A stretch of 63,223 nt of DNA from a virus. Its lineage: Duplodnaviria > Caudoviricetes. The translations under genes were made by a program, and so were the position numbers. The DNA is taken from IMG/VR virus record IMGVR_UViG_3300011335_000575, positions 1 to 63,223 of that record; one strand, 5' to 3'. This document shows, in pieces, positions 1 through 9,227 of the stretch (position 1 is the stretch's first letter; each line of letters starts with the position of its first letter). The notes beneath the pieces were generated by a model. It ran no database searches, was not told the DNA's origin, and saw nothing but the letters and a program-made list of their open reading frames with translations.

Positions 1-142
1 AAATCAACTGTACTTTCCCATTCGCCAATACCATTACATTCTTCACATCTGCTATCTTCGCCTAGACAATCTAAACAAAAATGTACGATATGTTTTTGAT
101 GAATAGTTTTGCCTTGATACTGTATTGTGTCATTTTCCATTT

Positions 143-334
143 TTACTCCTCGTTTTTTCTTATCCAACCACACTCAAGTAAATAATCTCTTGGTTCAGAT
201 AAATATTTTTCTGTTATTGTTTCAAGTGCCAATTCGTACAATTCACTTCTATTCATGTCTTGAACAAATTCTTCAGCACTTTTTATAACTTGTTCTTGTT
301 CTTCTAAAGTTAGTTCTTGTTCTTTAGTCGTCAT
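143..334 (-). CDS. small acidic hypothetical early protein
   Basis: 63 aa ORF with AAAGGAGG RBS, part of the minus-strand small-gene array. Confidence 0.7.
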   Translation of the reverse strand: MTTKEQELTLEEQEQVIKSAEEFVQDMNRSELYELALETITEKYLSEPRDYLLECGWIRKNEE

Positions 335-486
335 TTTTCCTCCTTTAGTTGTCCATTACTATCAAAATAATATTTATTTCGTAGTTCTTCTACAAAAGAG
401 TGCATAGTATCTAAATCAACATCAACACCATTTTTTAATTCTGATATTTGACTATGTACCCATTCCATTTTTTCGTAATCAGTCAT
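331..486 (-). CDS. small hypothetical early protein (MTDYEKMEWVHSQ..., 51 aa, not in ORF track)
   Basis: Read manually; AAAGGAGG RBS upstream; ATGA overlap with the next gene. Confidence 0.6.
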   Translation of the reverse strand: MTDYEKMEWVHSQISELKNGVDVDLDTMHSFVEELRNKYYFDSNGQLKEEK

Positions 487-612
487 TGTGCCTCCTTTAG
501 TTCACACTCACAATCATCATTATAAAAGTAATTAGGAAAGTTTTCTTTCATAAATATATCCTCACATTCAAAACAAATATATTTACTTTCAGTATCACAG
601 TTTTTACATTCG

Positions 613-822
613 TTATTCAAGTTGTGCCTCCTCTAGTTGATTTGCTCTTTCTTTCGTATCCACTAATACAATGTCATAACTTTCGCACCAATCTTGAAAG
701 TCATCTTCGGTATCTTTCCATTGTTCTGCGAAATGTTCGTCATCTTTTATTAGTTCAAGGTACTCGTCCCAAGCGTCTTGGGTAGTCATATAACTATAAA
801 ATGTTTTATTTATGTGTCCCAT
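613..822 (-). CDS. acidic hypothetical early protein (allele of 62572..62781)
   Basis: 69 aa; clearly homologous to the ORF at the other window end. Confidence 0.75.
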   Translation of the reverse strand: MGHINKTFYSYMTTQDAWDEYLELIKDDEHFAEQWKDTEDDFQDWCESYDIVLVDTKERANQLEEAQLE

Positions 823-829
823 AATTACC

Positions 830-1084
830 TCATATTACTGGTATAGTTGGTAAATCTTCATCACTTGTAAATAAAGCCCCTCCGTCATTACCCTCATCGT
901 CCATCGATGGTGTAAGCCAAGTTCCATTACTTAAAAGAATTTGAATTGGTCTCTTATACCAACCTTGTTTTTTTGCTAGTTTTTCTGGCATATAATCTAC
1001 TTTAATTATTTTTTTACCAACTAACACTTTACTTATTCTTTCTATCCATTGTAGTTCTAGTTTTTTTTCATCTATTTCAGTCAT
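830..1084 (-). CDS. hypothetical early protein, SxDxEGNxxG family (homologues at 62789 and 61619)
   Basis: Shared LVGKKI and PSxDxEGNxxGxLFT motifs; GGAGG RBS. Confidence 0.8.
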   Translation of the reverse strand: MTEIDEKKLELQWIERISKVLVGKKIIKVDYMPEKLAKKQGWYKRPIQILLSNGTWLTPSMDDEGNDGGALFTSDEDLPTIPVI

Positions 1085-1251
1085 TTTAGTTCCTCCATTG
1101 TTAAGTTATTCCACTCCTCGTCATCATAGTCTTTTCCTATGAATTCTATTTTATCGTTTAGCCAATTTTCATAGGCCTCTTTTTTATTTTTACCTATGAC
1201 TTTCCATTTTCTAATTAGCTTTGGATATTCTGTTATTACAAAAGTTTTCAT

Positions 1252-1479
1252 TTATCCCTCCTCACATTCACAGCGTTCGTCATTTAAAAAATAATCTTCA
1301 CAATTATCACAATAAGTATAATCGTCATCTATTGGATTATGGTAAAATACAATTCCACCTTCTATATCGTGGGGTTCTTTTAAATCTTGTTTATTACAAG
1401 TATCTAAATAAGCCCAATTTGTATGACCATAATTTTCTTCGCAATAGTCATCTATGTTTTCTGAAAAGTCTCTGCTCAT
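1252..1479 (-). CDS. acidic hypothetical protein with CxxC
   Basis: 75 aa, AAAGGAGG RBS. Confidence 0.65.
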   Translation of the reverse strand: MSRDFSENIDDYCEENYGHTNWAYLDTCNKQDLKEPHDIEGGIVFYHNPIDDDYTYCDNCEDYFLNDERCECEEG

Positions 1480-1792
1480 TTATCCTCCTTTATATTCTTT
1501 AACAAGTTTTTTAAAAAATTTAATTAAGTTTTTAAATTCTTCATTAGCACTTGTTTCATTAGTGAGCCAATTAATTTTAGAATTAATTGTTAATGCTTTA
1601 ACCATTTCTTTTTCTAGTTCATTAATAGTCATACCCCAATCCCCCTTGTATCTATTTCTTGTTTAATGAAATCTTTAAAATAGTTTTCAAGTATCGTTGG
1701 TTTTTCAAGTGAGGTATATAATTTATATTCCTCTCTTAACTTTCTGTCATTAAAAGTTTTAATGTACTGTTTAATAACTTTTATATCTTCTT

Positions 1793-2137
1793 TCATGCTA
1801 CTTTCCTTTCTAGTTTTTTAGCGTCCATCATAAATCTTTTAGGTTGAAGATTTACTAGCCAATCACTTACTGACGGGATAAATCCACAATCTTCCATAAT
1901 ATGTTGTTCGCCGATTGTTTTAACGGGTACTTTTTTATTATCTGAATTGATAATATAATCGCCAAACTTTTCAACACATTCTTCAACGCCAAGTGAGTGG
2001 TGTCGTAATGCTCTGTGTCTAAAATCTGGGTGGTAAGACTTTGTAAAATCAAACCATTTATGGATTGCGATATAATCTTCTATTCGCCCACCATAACGAT
2101 TTACTGTTGCTTGGGCATGGATTACTGGTGTTGCCAT
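1793..2137 (-). CDS. DUF6915-like His-rich protein
   Basis: Motifs HAQ..GG..EDY..IH.WFD, HRALRHH, GEQHIMED recognised from memory of the family. Confidence 0.7.
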   Translation of the reverse strand: MATPVIHAQATVNRYGGRIEDYIAIHKWFDFTKSYHPDFRHRALRHHSLGVEECVEKFGDYIINSDNKKVPVKTIGEQHIMEDCGFIPSVSDWLVNLQPKRFMMDAKKLERKVA

Positions 2138-2691
2138 TATAGTTCCCCCTCATCAGTATTTCTTTCGTAAGTTTCAACGCTCTCTTGTCCGTCTCTTTCC
2201 CACGAATAATTAAATACATCTAGTTTTACAGTTCCACTTACACTAAACTCCCCCGCAAAACTGCCATATTCTTCTAATGCACCCGTTGAGTAAAGTGTTT
2301 CTTCAAGTACATCTAAAAGGTTTTTCTCTACATTTGATATAGTATAAAAGACAGAAATCTTTTTTGCTTTCTCATTATCAAATTTGTAAATATTTTTTTT
2401 ATCTACAAAAAATCTAAAGTCCCGTCTAATTTCAAACTCATCTTTGAGTTTGATTTCTTCTGATTTATCGTTTGCAAGATATACATCATCAAAACCCCCG
2501 TCATCATTACCACCAGAAAATGTTCCGATAATATATTTCACATTGTATCTTATAAAAGTATCTTTTAATTCTTTTAAGATTTCTTTTACATATTCTTGCT
2601 CTGCTTTTTTTTCTAAAGTTTCTACTTTTTTTCTTGCGTCATAATCGTAGCTACCTTTAGTCTTTATTTCTTCTATGAGTGTTAGGCTCAT
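2137..2691 (-). CDS. DUF6878-like protein
   Basis: FSGGNDDGG motif and acidic C-terminus; coupled to the DUF6915-like gene. Confidence 0.5.
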   Translation of the reverse strand: MSLTLIEEIKTKGSYDYDARKKVETLEKKAEQEYVKEILKELKDTFIRYNVKYIIGTFSGGNDDGGFDDVYLANDKSEEIKLKDEFEIRRDFRFFVDKKNIYKFDNEKAKKISVFYTISNVEKNLLDVLEETLYSTGALEEYGSFAGEFSVSGTVKLDVFNYSWERDGQESVETYERNTDEGEL

Positions 2692-2904
2692 TTTTTTACT
2701 CCTTTGTTAGTTTGTTAGTGTGATTAAACTCTAGGGCTACTCCTATTTTGACGATATTTAATTATCGTATTAATCACTCCCATGTTATCCCATTATTCGT
2801 TTTTTCTGTCAAATGTTAAAAACCCTTATTTTTCACTATTTAGTTGTATAAAAATCTTGTTTAAATGAACGTATATGCTTAAGTTGGGCTTGGTACGGGG
2901 GTTA

Positions 2905-2928
2905 GTACCCCCTAAATTAAGGGGGTAC
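2905..2928. terminator. GC-rich hairpin, possible terminator
   Basis: GTACCCCCT/AGGGGGTAC stem just past the stop of 2939..3478; poor U-tract. Confidence 0.4.
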
Positions 2929-2938
2929 GAAAGTTTAA

Positions 2939-3478
2939 TTATTTTTGCCAATATCCATAAACACATCTTGTTGCATCTCTTGAGCAATCATAAGTATCAT
3001 TGATTACTCCATTTATTACTGCAACTAAATGTCTTGAAACACTAACTATTAATTTACCCATTGGCAATTCGCCCTGTCTTAAATGTACCTTGCAACCTTG
3101 CCCAATGAACATTGTCGGTGTCCATTTAAAACCCAAGTCTAAAAGATATTTTCGACAAACATCTTTTTTAACTCCAGTTCTAGCTGTGTCATCTTTTGGA
3201 CTTGCATTATAAGTCCATTTTTTATTTGAGGTTAATCTAATATGACGAGTTAAATTTGTTAAATCATCATATACTTTTTGATAAGGTAAATCTGCAACGA
3301 TTGAAATTGCTCTTGTCACACAATCCCCCGTATTGCCTTTATACCCCGCCTCTTTTCTACCACCATCATTGTACTTATATTCCAAAGTGTAATATTCTTT
3401 TCTAAAACTGATCCCGTCTTTTGTACCGAGTTCAATTTTTTTTACACTTGGTTTGCTGTGTAGTATTATCTCACTCAT
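2939..3478 (-). CDS. conserved phage hypothetical protein (GDCVxRA ... H ... D)
   Basis: 179 aa; Cys/His/Asp pattern compatible with a papain-like fold (inference). Confidence 0.7.
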   Translation of the reverse strand: MSEIILHSKPSVKKIELGTKDGISFRKEYYTLEYKYNDGGRKEAGYKGNTGDCVTRAISIVADLPYQKVYDDLTNLTRHIRLTSNKKWTYNASPKDDTARTGVKKDVCRKYLLDLGFKWTPTMFIGQGCKVHLRQGELPMGKLIVSVSRHLVAVINGVINDTYDCSRDATRCVYGYWQK

Positions 3479-3515
3479 TTTTTTCCTTTGTTTTGATAGT
3501 CATTGTTAACTATCT

Positions 3516-3539
3516 CAATGCCCTGACATCAGGGCATTG
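3516..3539. promoter_or_regulatory. perfect 11 bp inverted repeat (hairpin or operator)
   Basis: CAATGCCCTGA-ca-TCAGGGCATTG in the intergenic space. Confidence 0.55.
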
Positions 3540-3545
3540 GGTTAA

Positions 3546-3836
3546 TTAAAATTCAGACCAATTTATTAAAGATTTTTTATTACTGTTTTCTAGTTTATCA
3601 ATAATAAATTCTTTAATTTTATCTTTTAATGATTGAGTAAAATCCTCATCCATTGAAAAATCATCTAGGTTGTATTCGCCAAACTTTAATCTTTCTTGAA
3701 AAGTATGGTCGATATGCTCATCCATAAATATCTCTACATTTATTATTGGATAGTAGCTTTTTTCATATTCACTCATTTTTTCTCCTTTTTTAGTTTTTCT
3801 TATTTGTAATATTATATTATAAAAAATATCATACAA
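3546..3836 (-). CDS. acidic hypothetical early protein (true start probably MSEYEK)
   Basis: ORF track; AAAGGAG RBS precedes the internal Met. Confidence 0.6.
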   Translation of the reverse strand: MYDIFYNIILQIRKTKKGEKMSEYEKSYYPIINVEIFMDEHIDHTFQERLKFGEYNLDDFSMDEDFTQSLKDKIKEFIIDKLENSNKKSLINWSEF

Positions 3837-3933
3837 GAAAAAAATGAGGTCGATTTGTGGGTGTGGATAATTTTACATACTATTAGTAGGTTGCACTAAA
3901 AACACATTTTTGTTGTAAGTGTGCAACACGCCA

Positions 3934-4068
3934 TAAAGTTGTACTCGTTAAAGTTGTACTCGTTAAAGTTGTACTCGTTAAAGTTGTACTCGTTAAAGTT
4001 GTACTCGTTAAAGTTGCACTCGTTAAAGTTGCACTCGGTTAGGTTGTACTCGTTAAGGTTGCAAGAGC
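3934..4068. repeat. 15 bp tandem repeat TAAAGTTGTACTCGT, about 9 units (5 perfect, 4 degenerate)
   Basis: Read directly; no spacers between units. Confidence 0.95.
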
Positions 4069-4157
4069 CGTGACACGTGATAGTTGTATCGTGTGTTGGT
4101 TGTATCATGTGCTATAAGCGAACATTCAAGGAACACGGAACACGGGTCACGGAAATT

Positions 4158-4746
4158 GGGTTAAGTCATTGTTTTATATAGCTTTTTTGGTTTGTAAAGT
4201 TGTAATTTACAGATTTACATGGGATAAATTGTTTTTTGAGTGTGTTTTTTAAGGGTTAAGTCATTGTTTTATATAGTTTTTTTGGTAGATAGGACAGTTT
4301 TGCGAACTAAAAGTGAAATAAGCTAAAGAGTTGTGGGGGTTTCAGAGGCGGAAAAAAAATCACGAGCCAAAATAGCCAAAATTCAGCGATAGTTGGGATT
4401 ATCCCACGTGACGCTGAAAGAATAACCATTGGTATATATAGCGTTTCAGCGTTTCAGCGATATTTCATACCTTTTGCAAAATTTTTTTAAAATTTTTTTT
4501 CTATATAACTGCTTTAGCACGGAAAACGGAAAAATGGCGTAAATGCTACATAATTTTTTTAATTTTTCCGTGTCGGTTTTTGTCATCTGGTTAAACCATT
4601 GATTTTAAACACTTTTTAGCATTCCGTGTAAATGAGGGTTAGAACTATGCGGGTTATTTGCATATAGGGGTCAAAAATGGCGTAAAATGAATAGTTGGTT
4701 TTCAGCGTTGAGGGCAATTTTTCAGCGTAGCTATAAGTCATTGATT
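4158..4746 (-). promoter_or_regulatory. cluster of IHF-consensus-like sites
   Basis: Reverse complements of 4592-4604 and 4734-4746 match WATCAANNNNTTR; 4162-4174 and 4257-4269 have one mismatch and lie in a 24 bp direct repeat. Confidence 0.55.
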
Positions 4747-4839
4747 TTAAATACTTTTTTAAAAACACCTAGTAAATATGCGGTTTTTTACATAGGTATA
4801 TTAAATATCATATTTGTATTATTATGAGGTCAATAATTT

Positions 4840-5355
4840 ATGGGACGTAGAAAAAACGAAGTAAAACTAAGCACCGATTTAACTCCTAAGCAACGGGCGT
4901 TTGTAGATATATTAGTTGCTAACTGGGGAAACATATCTAAAGCTGACGCTTGTTTACAAGCGGGTTATACAACTAAAGACCCGAATAGAAAACCTTTTGA
5001 AATTGCCTCACGTCTTACAAATCCCGAAATTAATCCGCATATTTGTAGGTACTTAGAAAAAAGATTATCTCAAGAATTAAATAAATACGAAAAAGATAAA
5101 TTACGCTCATATAAAAATTTTGAGCGATTAAGAATTAAAGCTGAGGAAAAAAATCAATTAGCCTCAGCGATTAATGCTGAATTTAGAGCGGGTCAAATGG
5201 CGGGTTTTTATGTCGATAAAAAAGAGATTAATCATATCGGTTTAGAGGGAATGAATAGAGAGCAATTAGAAAAAAGACTGTCGGAATTAGAAAAAAATAT
5301 AAATGAAAATAAACAAATTATCGACATTACAGCTGAAACAATTATCGAAAAATAG
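4840..5355 (+). CDS. terS: terminase small subunit
   Basis: LTPKQRAFV...A...AGY...ASRL N-terminal HTH typical of TerS, followed by a helical region. Confidence 0.8.
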   Translation: MGRRKNEVKLSTDLTPKQRAFVDILVANWGNISKADACLQAGYTTKDPNRKPFEIASRLTNPEINPHICRYLEKRLSQELNKYEKDKLRSYKNFERLRIKAEEKNQLASAINAEFRAGQMAGFYVDKKEINHIGLEGMNREQLEKRLSELEKNINENKQIIDITAETIIEK

Positions 5356-5441
5356 TGACTGGAAAACTTTTATTAATCAATTTAATAAAGTTCATAACAA
5401 TCATATCAGTTCGAGTGTTGGCAACGTACAAATAAAAACAA

Positions 5442-5738
5442 ATGATAAAAAGAAAATTAATAAATAAAAAAGCAAAAAAAGAGATTGAAAAATATCCATT
5501 AGTAGTCATTAAATGGTATGACATCACTAGCGATAGTACTTGGCAATCAATAGAGGATTTAACCAATGCAAAATTGCCAATATGTACTACAAAGGGGCAT
5601 TTATTGAGCCATAATAAAGGCATTGCAAGGGTATTTAGTGACTACGCCCTTAAAGATGAAAAAACGGGCGTAATTGATGAAATAGCCAATACAACTTTAA
5701 TTCCGACCTCAGTAATAATTGATATTAAAAAAATTTAA
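5442..5738 (+). CDS. conserved phage hypothetical protein
   Basis: YPLVVIKWYDI...TKGHL...IP pattern. Confidence 0.7.
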   Translation: MIKRKLINKKAKKEIEKYPLVVIKWYDITSDSTWQSIEDLTNAKLPICTTKGHLLSHNKGIARVFSDYALKDEKTGVIDEIANTTLIPTSVIIDIKKI

Positions 5739-6073
5739 GCAACTATAAAAATATCAACTAATTTATTTTTATCTAAATGTATCTCTATGTTGCAATCACT
5801 AACTAAAAGATTGTCGCAATCATTAGTTAATGGTTTATCAATATCGCACTTATAACTAAAAACCTTGTTAACTTGTCTTAAAAATTCTGGTTTTTTGTCA
5901 TAGTCACAAGCGTATTGAATTGGCAATAATTCGAGATTGTCATTTATTTTTTTAAAATAATTACTGCTATTCTCAACCTCTTTATATTGCCACGCTATTG
6001 TCTTACACTTATCTATTAAATTAAACAGCCAATCTTCATTTAGATAGTGTTTAATTGACGTATGCCCCGCCAT
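5735..6073 (-). CDS. hypothetical protein
   Basis: 112 aa, follows 6075..6263. Confidence 0.6.
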   Translation of the reverse strand: MAGHTSIKHYLNEDWLFNLIDKCKTIAWQYKEVENSSNYFKKINDNLELLPIQYACDYDKKPEFLRQVNKVFSYKCDIDKPLTNDCDNLLVSDCNIEIHLDKNKLVDIFIVA

Positions 6074-6074
6074 A

Positions 6075-6263
6075 TTATTTTAACCTCTTAGTTTTATTCT
6101 CTTTATAATAGTTAATTAAATGCTCTATTGTTTTTGCATAACTTAATTTAACGTCATAAATATTATTGGATAAGTCGGTCAACTCATCATAAATTTTTTT
6201 ATGTACGCTTACAGGCTTATAGTTCGTAAACTCATAGGCCGTCTTTACTTGTCTATTACTCAT
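6075..6263 (-). CDS. small ribbon-helix-helix-like DNA-binding protein
   Basis: YKPVSVHKKIYDEL...SYAKTIEHLI beta-alpha-alpha pattern. Confidence 0.5.
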   Translation of the reverse strand: MSNRQVKTAYEFTNYKPVSVHKKIYDELTDLSNNIYDVKLSYAKTIEHLINYYKENKTKRLK

Positions 6264-6805
6264 ATTTTATTTTCCTTTTTTATTGTTTATTTAACCCACT
6301 TATCAACGCTGTACTTATTGGCATTAATGCGGGTTGCCTTGTAATTTTTATCAAAATTATTATTTTTAGTAAAATAAATAATCTTAATAAAATTCTTTAA
6401 TACAACTATTAATAAAATTATAAAAACAGTTGTTATACATATATTGTAAATCATTTTGTTTTATTTTTTGTTTTTGATTTTTTTAAAAATGAAATAAAGC
6501 CTTTATATTCGGTTTTTATATCCTCATTATAGGCATTACTCCACGCCTTTTTTATTTCTTTAAGTGTGTAGACTTTCATTTTAATTTACTCCTTTGTTGT
6601 TAATTACATTCAATTTTAAAATTCTTTTTTTAAAATTTTAAGTTCTTGAATTTCTTTTAAAGTTTTTTTTAATGTCAATTCAACTGTTGTTAATGAATTG
6701 GATATCCAACTGGGATATTTTTCATTAAAAGATTGAATAGTTAAAACTTCTATTTCTTTAATTATTTTTTCTATTTTTTGTACTTTCATTTGTTTACCTT
6801 TGTTT

Positions 6806-7513
6806 TTAGTTTACATTTATTACAAAGCCCGTTTTATCGGTTTTTGCAATGCCCTTAGTTGCTAAGCCTACTATTACGCCCTTAGGCTCTAAAAACCTAA
6901 GGTCACTAATATCCCCGTCTATTACGGGTCTATTTAAGTAAGTTTTTGGCAACTTACCATTAAAAACAACCGCTATATTAAAAGCCGTTGTTAATAATTC
7001 TTTAATTTCATTATCATTACTTTCCGACTTGCTAAAAGTTAAGTGATAATTTTTTGGCAACTTAACGCTTAATCTATTTTTAATTTTTGTATAATCATAA
7101 AATATAACATCTGGGTTTAATTCCATTATGTTTTTATTATCTTTTATAATGTACCTCTCCCACAATAAATCTGACGTACCATTCAATCGCACGGCGGGTT
7201 TTAAACCTTTTTTAATTGCTCTTTTTTTAAAGTTTTTAACCTCATTATCTAATTGCAATAAAAATTTTTGGCGGTCTTTTAAAAAGTAATAAGTTTTATT
7301 TAAACGGCTTTTTTGAGTAAATTCAAATCGACCTCGACCGCTTGTATTTAAACACGCTGTTGCACATCCTACTGAGGCCTTAGGGCATATATTAACCCCG
7401 CTTAATTTGTGCGGGGCTAAGTGTAAAATTGCGGTAAGATACCCTAATTCAATGCTCTTAAGCATTTTTGTATTATTAATGCCTAAGAGCCTTTTTTGTG
7501 GTTTATATTCCAT
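6806..7513 (-). CDS. Gp88-family protein
   Basis: CP.AS.GC..ACL..SGRG, VRLNGTSD, FYDYTK, YHLTFS, DGD..DLRFL motifs. Confidence 0.85.
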   Translation of the reverse strand: MEYKPQKRLLGINNTKMLKSIELGYLTAILHLAPHKLSGVNICPKASVGCATACLNTSGRGRFEFTQKSRLNKTYYFLKDRQKFLLQLDNEVKNFKKRAIKKGLKPAVRLNGTSDLLWERYIIKDNKNIMELNPDVIFYDYTKIKNRLSVKLPKNYHLTFSKSESNDNEIKELLTTAFNIAVVFNGKLPKTYLNRPVIDGDISDLRFLEPKGVIVGLATKGIAKTDKTGFVINVN

Positions 7514-8446
7514 TTATGCAACCGCCTTTAATTCAACTTGTTTTATTTTTTTTAATAAATAATCAGTTGCTTTATAAGCACGGGTTAGGGATGAGGTTAA
7601 AAACTTAACGTCATTTTTTAACGCTTGTATCCAACTTTTAATATATAAAGCGTGGTCAACTCTAATTGTTTTTTCTAAGTTGAATTTTTGGCATAACATT
7701 ATTGCCCCGCATTCCGCAATTAATTCCTCAAAGGCGTATGATTGCTGAGCATTATCTTTAAATTTTTTGTCATTATCTTTAAAGCGGTCGAGCCTTTGAG
7801 CGTGGCCAGTTGAGTGTATCAACTCATGAAATAAGACCGAATAATAGTTGCTTGTCTCATCCCCGTATGACGTTTTAATAAAATTCTCTTTATTTGTCAT
7901 ATGGATATAGTCGGTTGTTTTTGCATAATAACAACGGCCGTCATTACTATGTTTAATTTCAACCCCCGTGTCATTAACAAAATTATCAATTTCTTGAATT
8001 GATATAACTTTGTTAACATTATCTGAATTATCAAATTTAATTTTACATTCAGACAAATCAACTTGAGCAATATTAAAAACTGGCGTTGCTTTTAAAAATG
8101 GAATGACATCCTCTTTATTTGTTTTTTCATTCTCTTTTTTAAACGTGCCGTAGTATAAAACTTTGGCCTTGTGTGTCTCGCCTTTAATTATTTTTGCCCC
8201 TATTTTATGCCAGTCGAGATAAGACGCCCATAAATTTTGAGCAAAATTATTCGAATTAGCAACCCAGTTTAAATTAAAAAAATTCGTGCTGTTATAATGT
8301 TTACCAGTCACGGCATTAGTTGGCATATTTTTATTAATAAAAGAGTTATGCCATTTATTAGGGTTATTTTGTAATTGCTCAACTAAGTTGTCACGAATAG
8401 TTGTTAAATATTCCTTAGCTGATACTTTATTCAAGTTATTAGTCAT
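7514..8446 (-). CDS. ardC: ArdC-like ssDNA-binding/anti-restriction protein with zincin domain
   Basis: N..TGK.Y...N, VFNIAQ, HELIHSTGH, YAFEELIAE, YIKSW motifs. Confidence 0.85.
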   Translation of the reverse strand: MTNNLNKVSAKEYLTTIRDNLVEQLQNNPNKWHNSFINKNMPTNAVTGKHYNSTNFFNLNWVANSNNFAQNLWASYLDWHKIGAKIIKGETHKAKVLYYGTFKKENEKTNKEDVIPFLKATPVFNIAQVDLSECKIKFDNSDNVNKVISIQEIDNFVNDTGVEIKHSNDGRCYYAKTTDYIHMTNKENFIKTSYGDETSNYYSVLFHELIHSTGHAQRLDRFKDNDKKFKDNAQQSYAFEELIAECGAIMLCQKFNLEKTIRVDHALYIKSWIQALKNDVKFLTSSLTRAYKATDYLLKKIKQVELKAVA

Positions 8447-8586
8447 TTGTTTACCTTTGTTATTTGTTTAATACTCATCTAACTAATTTAATTTGATACA
8501 AAATAAAAGAAAAAAATGCAAAATATTACAAAATAAAAGATAATAAAAACAATAGGATATTGACCCCTTAGTTATTCAATTATAAG

Positions 8587-9012
8587 TTGCATTTAATGAA
8601 TAAAACAACTGAAAGTGACATCTTTAAACTAATTAAAAAAGCCGTAATTAATCTTAAATTAAATTGTTTTTTAACTAGAATTGAAAGCGGGTTGACTTTG
8701 AATGGCATACCAGATTTATACGTGGTTTATCATTCTAAATTGATTAATAAATCAATTAGTTTTTGGCTCGAATTAAAAGCCAATAACTCTAAAAATTGCA
8801 ACGTTTCAAAGTACCAATTCAACTGGATATTAAAACACAATAAAGCGGGGGGCGTTGCCTATATCCTCAATAAGCCCCTCAAGGAGCGGGGGCTTAAACT
8901 TTATAGCGTTGAGCCGTGCTCCGTGCTGACTGAGCAATTAAGCGTAGATTACAGCGTCACGGGCGTGGCTAACGTACTTGAGCACGTTGCCAAAAAACAT
9001 TGCAATCATTAA
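8587..9012 (+). CDS. PD-(D/E)XK / VRR-NUC-like nuclease, possible Holliday junction resolvase (start probably 8596)
   Basis: RIE...GIPDL...WLELK...Q..W motifs. Confidence 0.75.
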   Translation: MHLMNKTTESDIFKLIKKAVINLKLNCFLTRIESGLTLNGIPDLYVVYHSKLINKSISFWLELKANNSKNCNVSKYQFNWILKHNKAGGVAYILNKPLKERGLKLYSVEPCSVLTEQLSVDYSVTGVANVLEHVAKKHCNH

Positions 9013-9227
9013 TAAATTTCCGATAATCTTTACTTATCACTTATGATATATTGTTATATAATCTAATAAGATTGAGCCGTGAGCCGTGCAACCTACAGTT
9101 GAGGCTCAATAGACAAGCCACAATAAAAGATTTTAAATGCAACTTTTACGGGAATTTTTTAAAAAAAGAGTAGCTTTCGGATGGACTATTGTGCAGGACT
9201 TATACATACAGTACAGTTGATTTTATT

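Larger units (their letters stand above)
491..1237. repeat. imperfect direct repeat, copy 1 (copy 2 at 62450-63223)
   Basis: Manual alignment: long identical stretches, clustered substitutions in the 69 aa gene, 27 nt indel. Confidence 0.95.

Noticed and set aside
613-822. Diversity-generating retroelement TR/VR pair (with 62572..62781)
   Set aside because: Differences do not look adenine-specific and no reverse transcriptase is encoded
491-1237. Exact direct terminal repeat of the virion DNA
   Set aside because: Copies differ by many substitutions and an indel, and copy 1 does not start at the window edge
3495-3539. Hammerhead ribozyme (CTGATG on the minus strand)
   Set aside because: The CUGAUGA/GAAA core is incomplete; it is a simple inverted repeat
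3896-4108. 70 aa ORF with NEYNF repeats, or a CRISPR-like array
   Set aside because: The ORF is a by-product of the 15 bp tandem repeat; units are contiguous with no spacers and no cas genes are present
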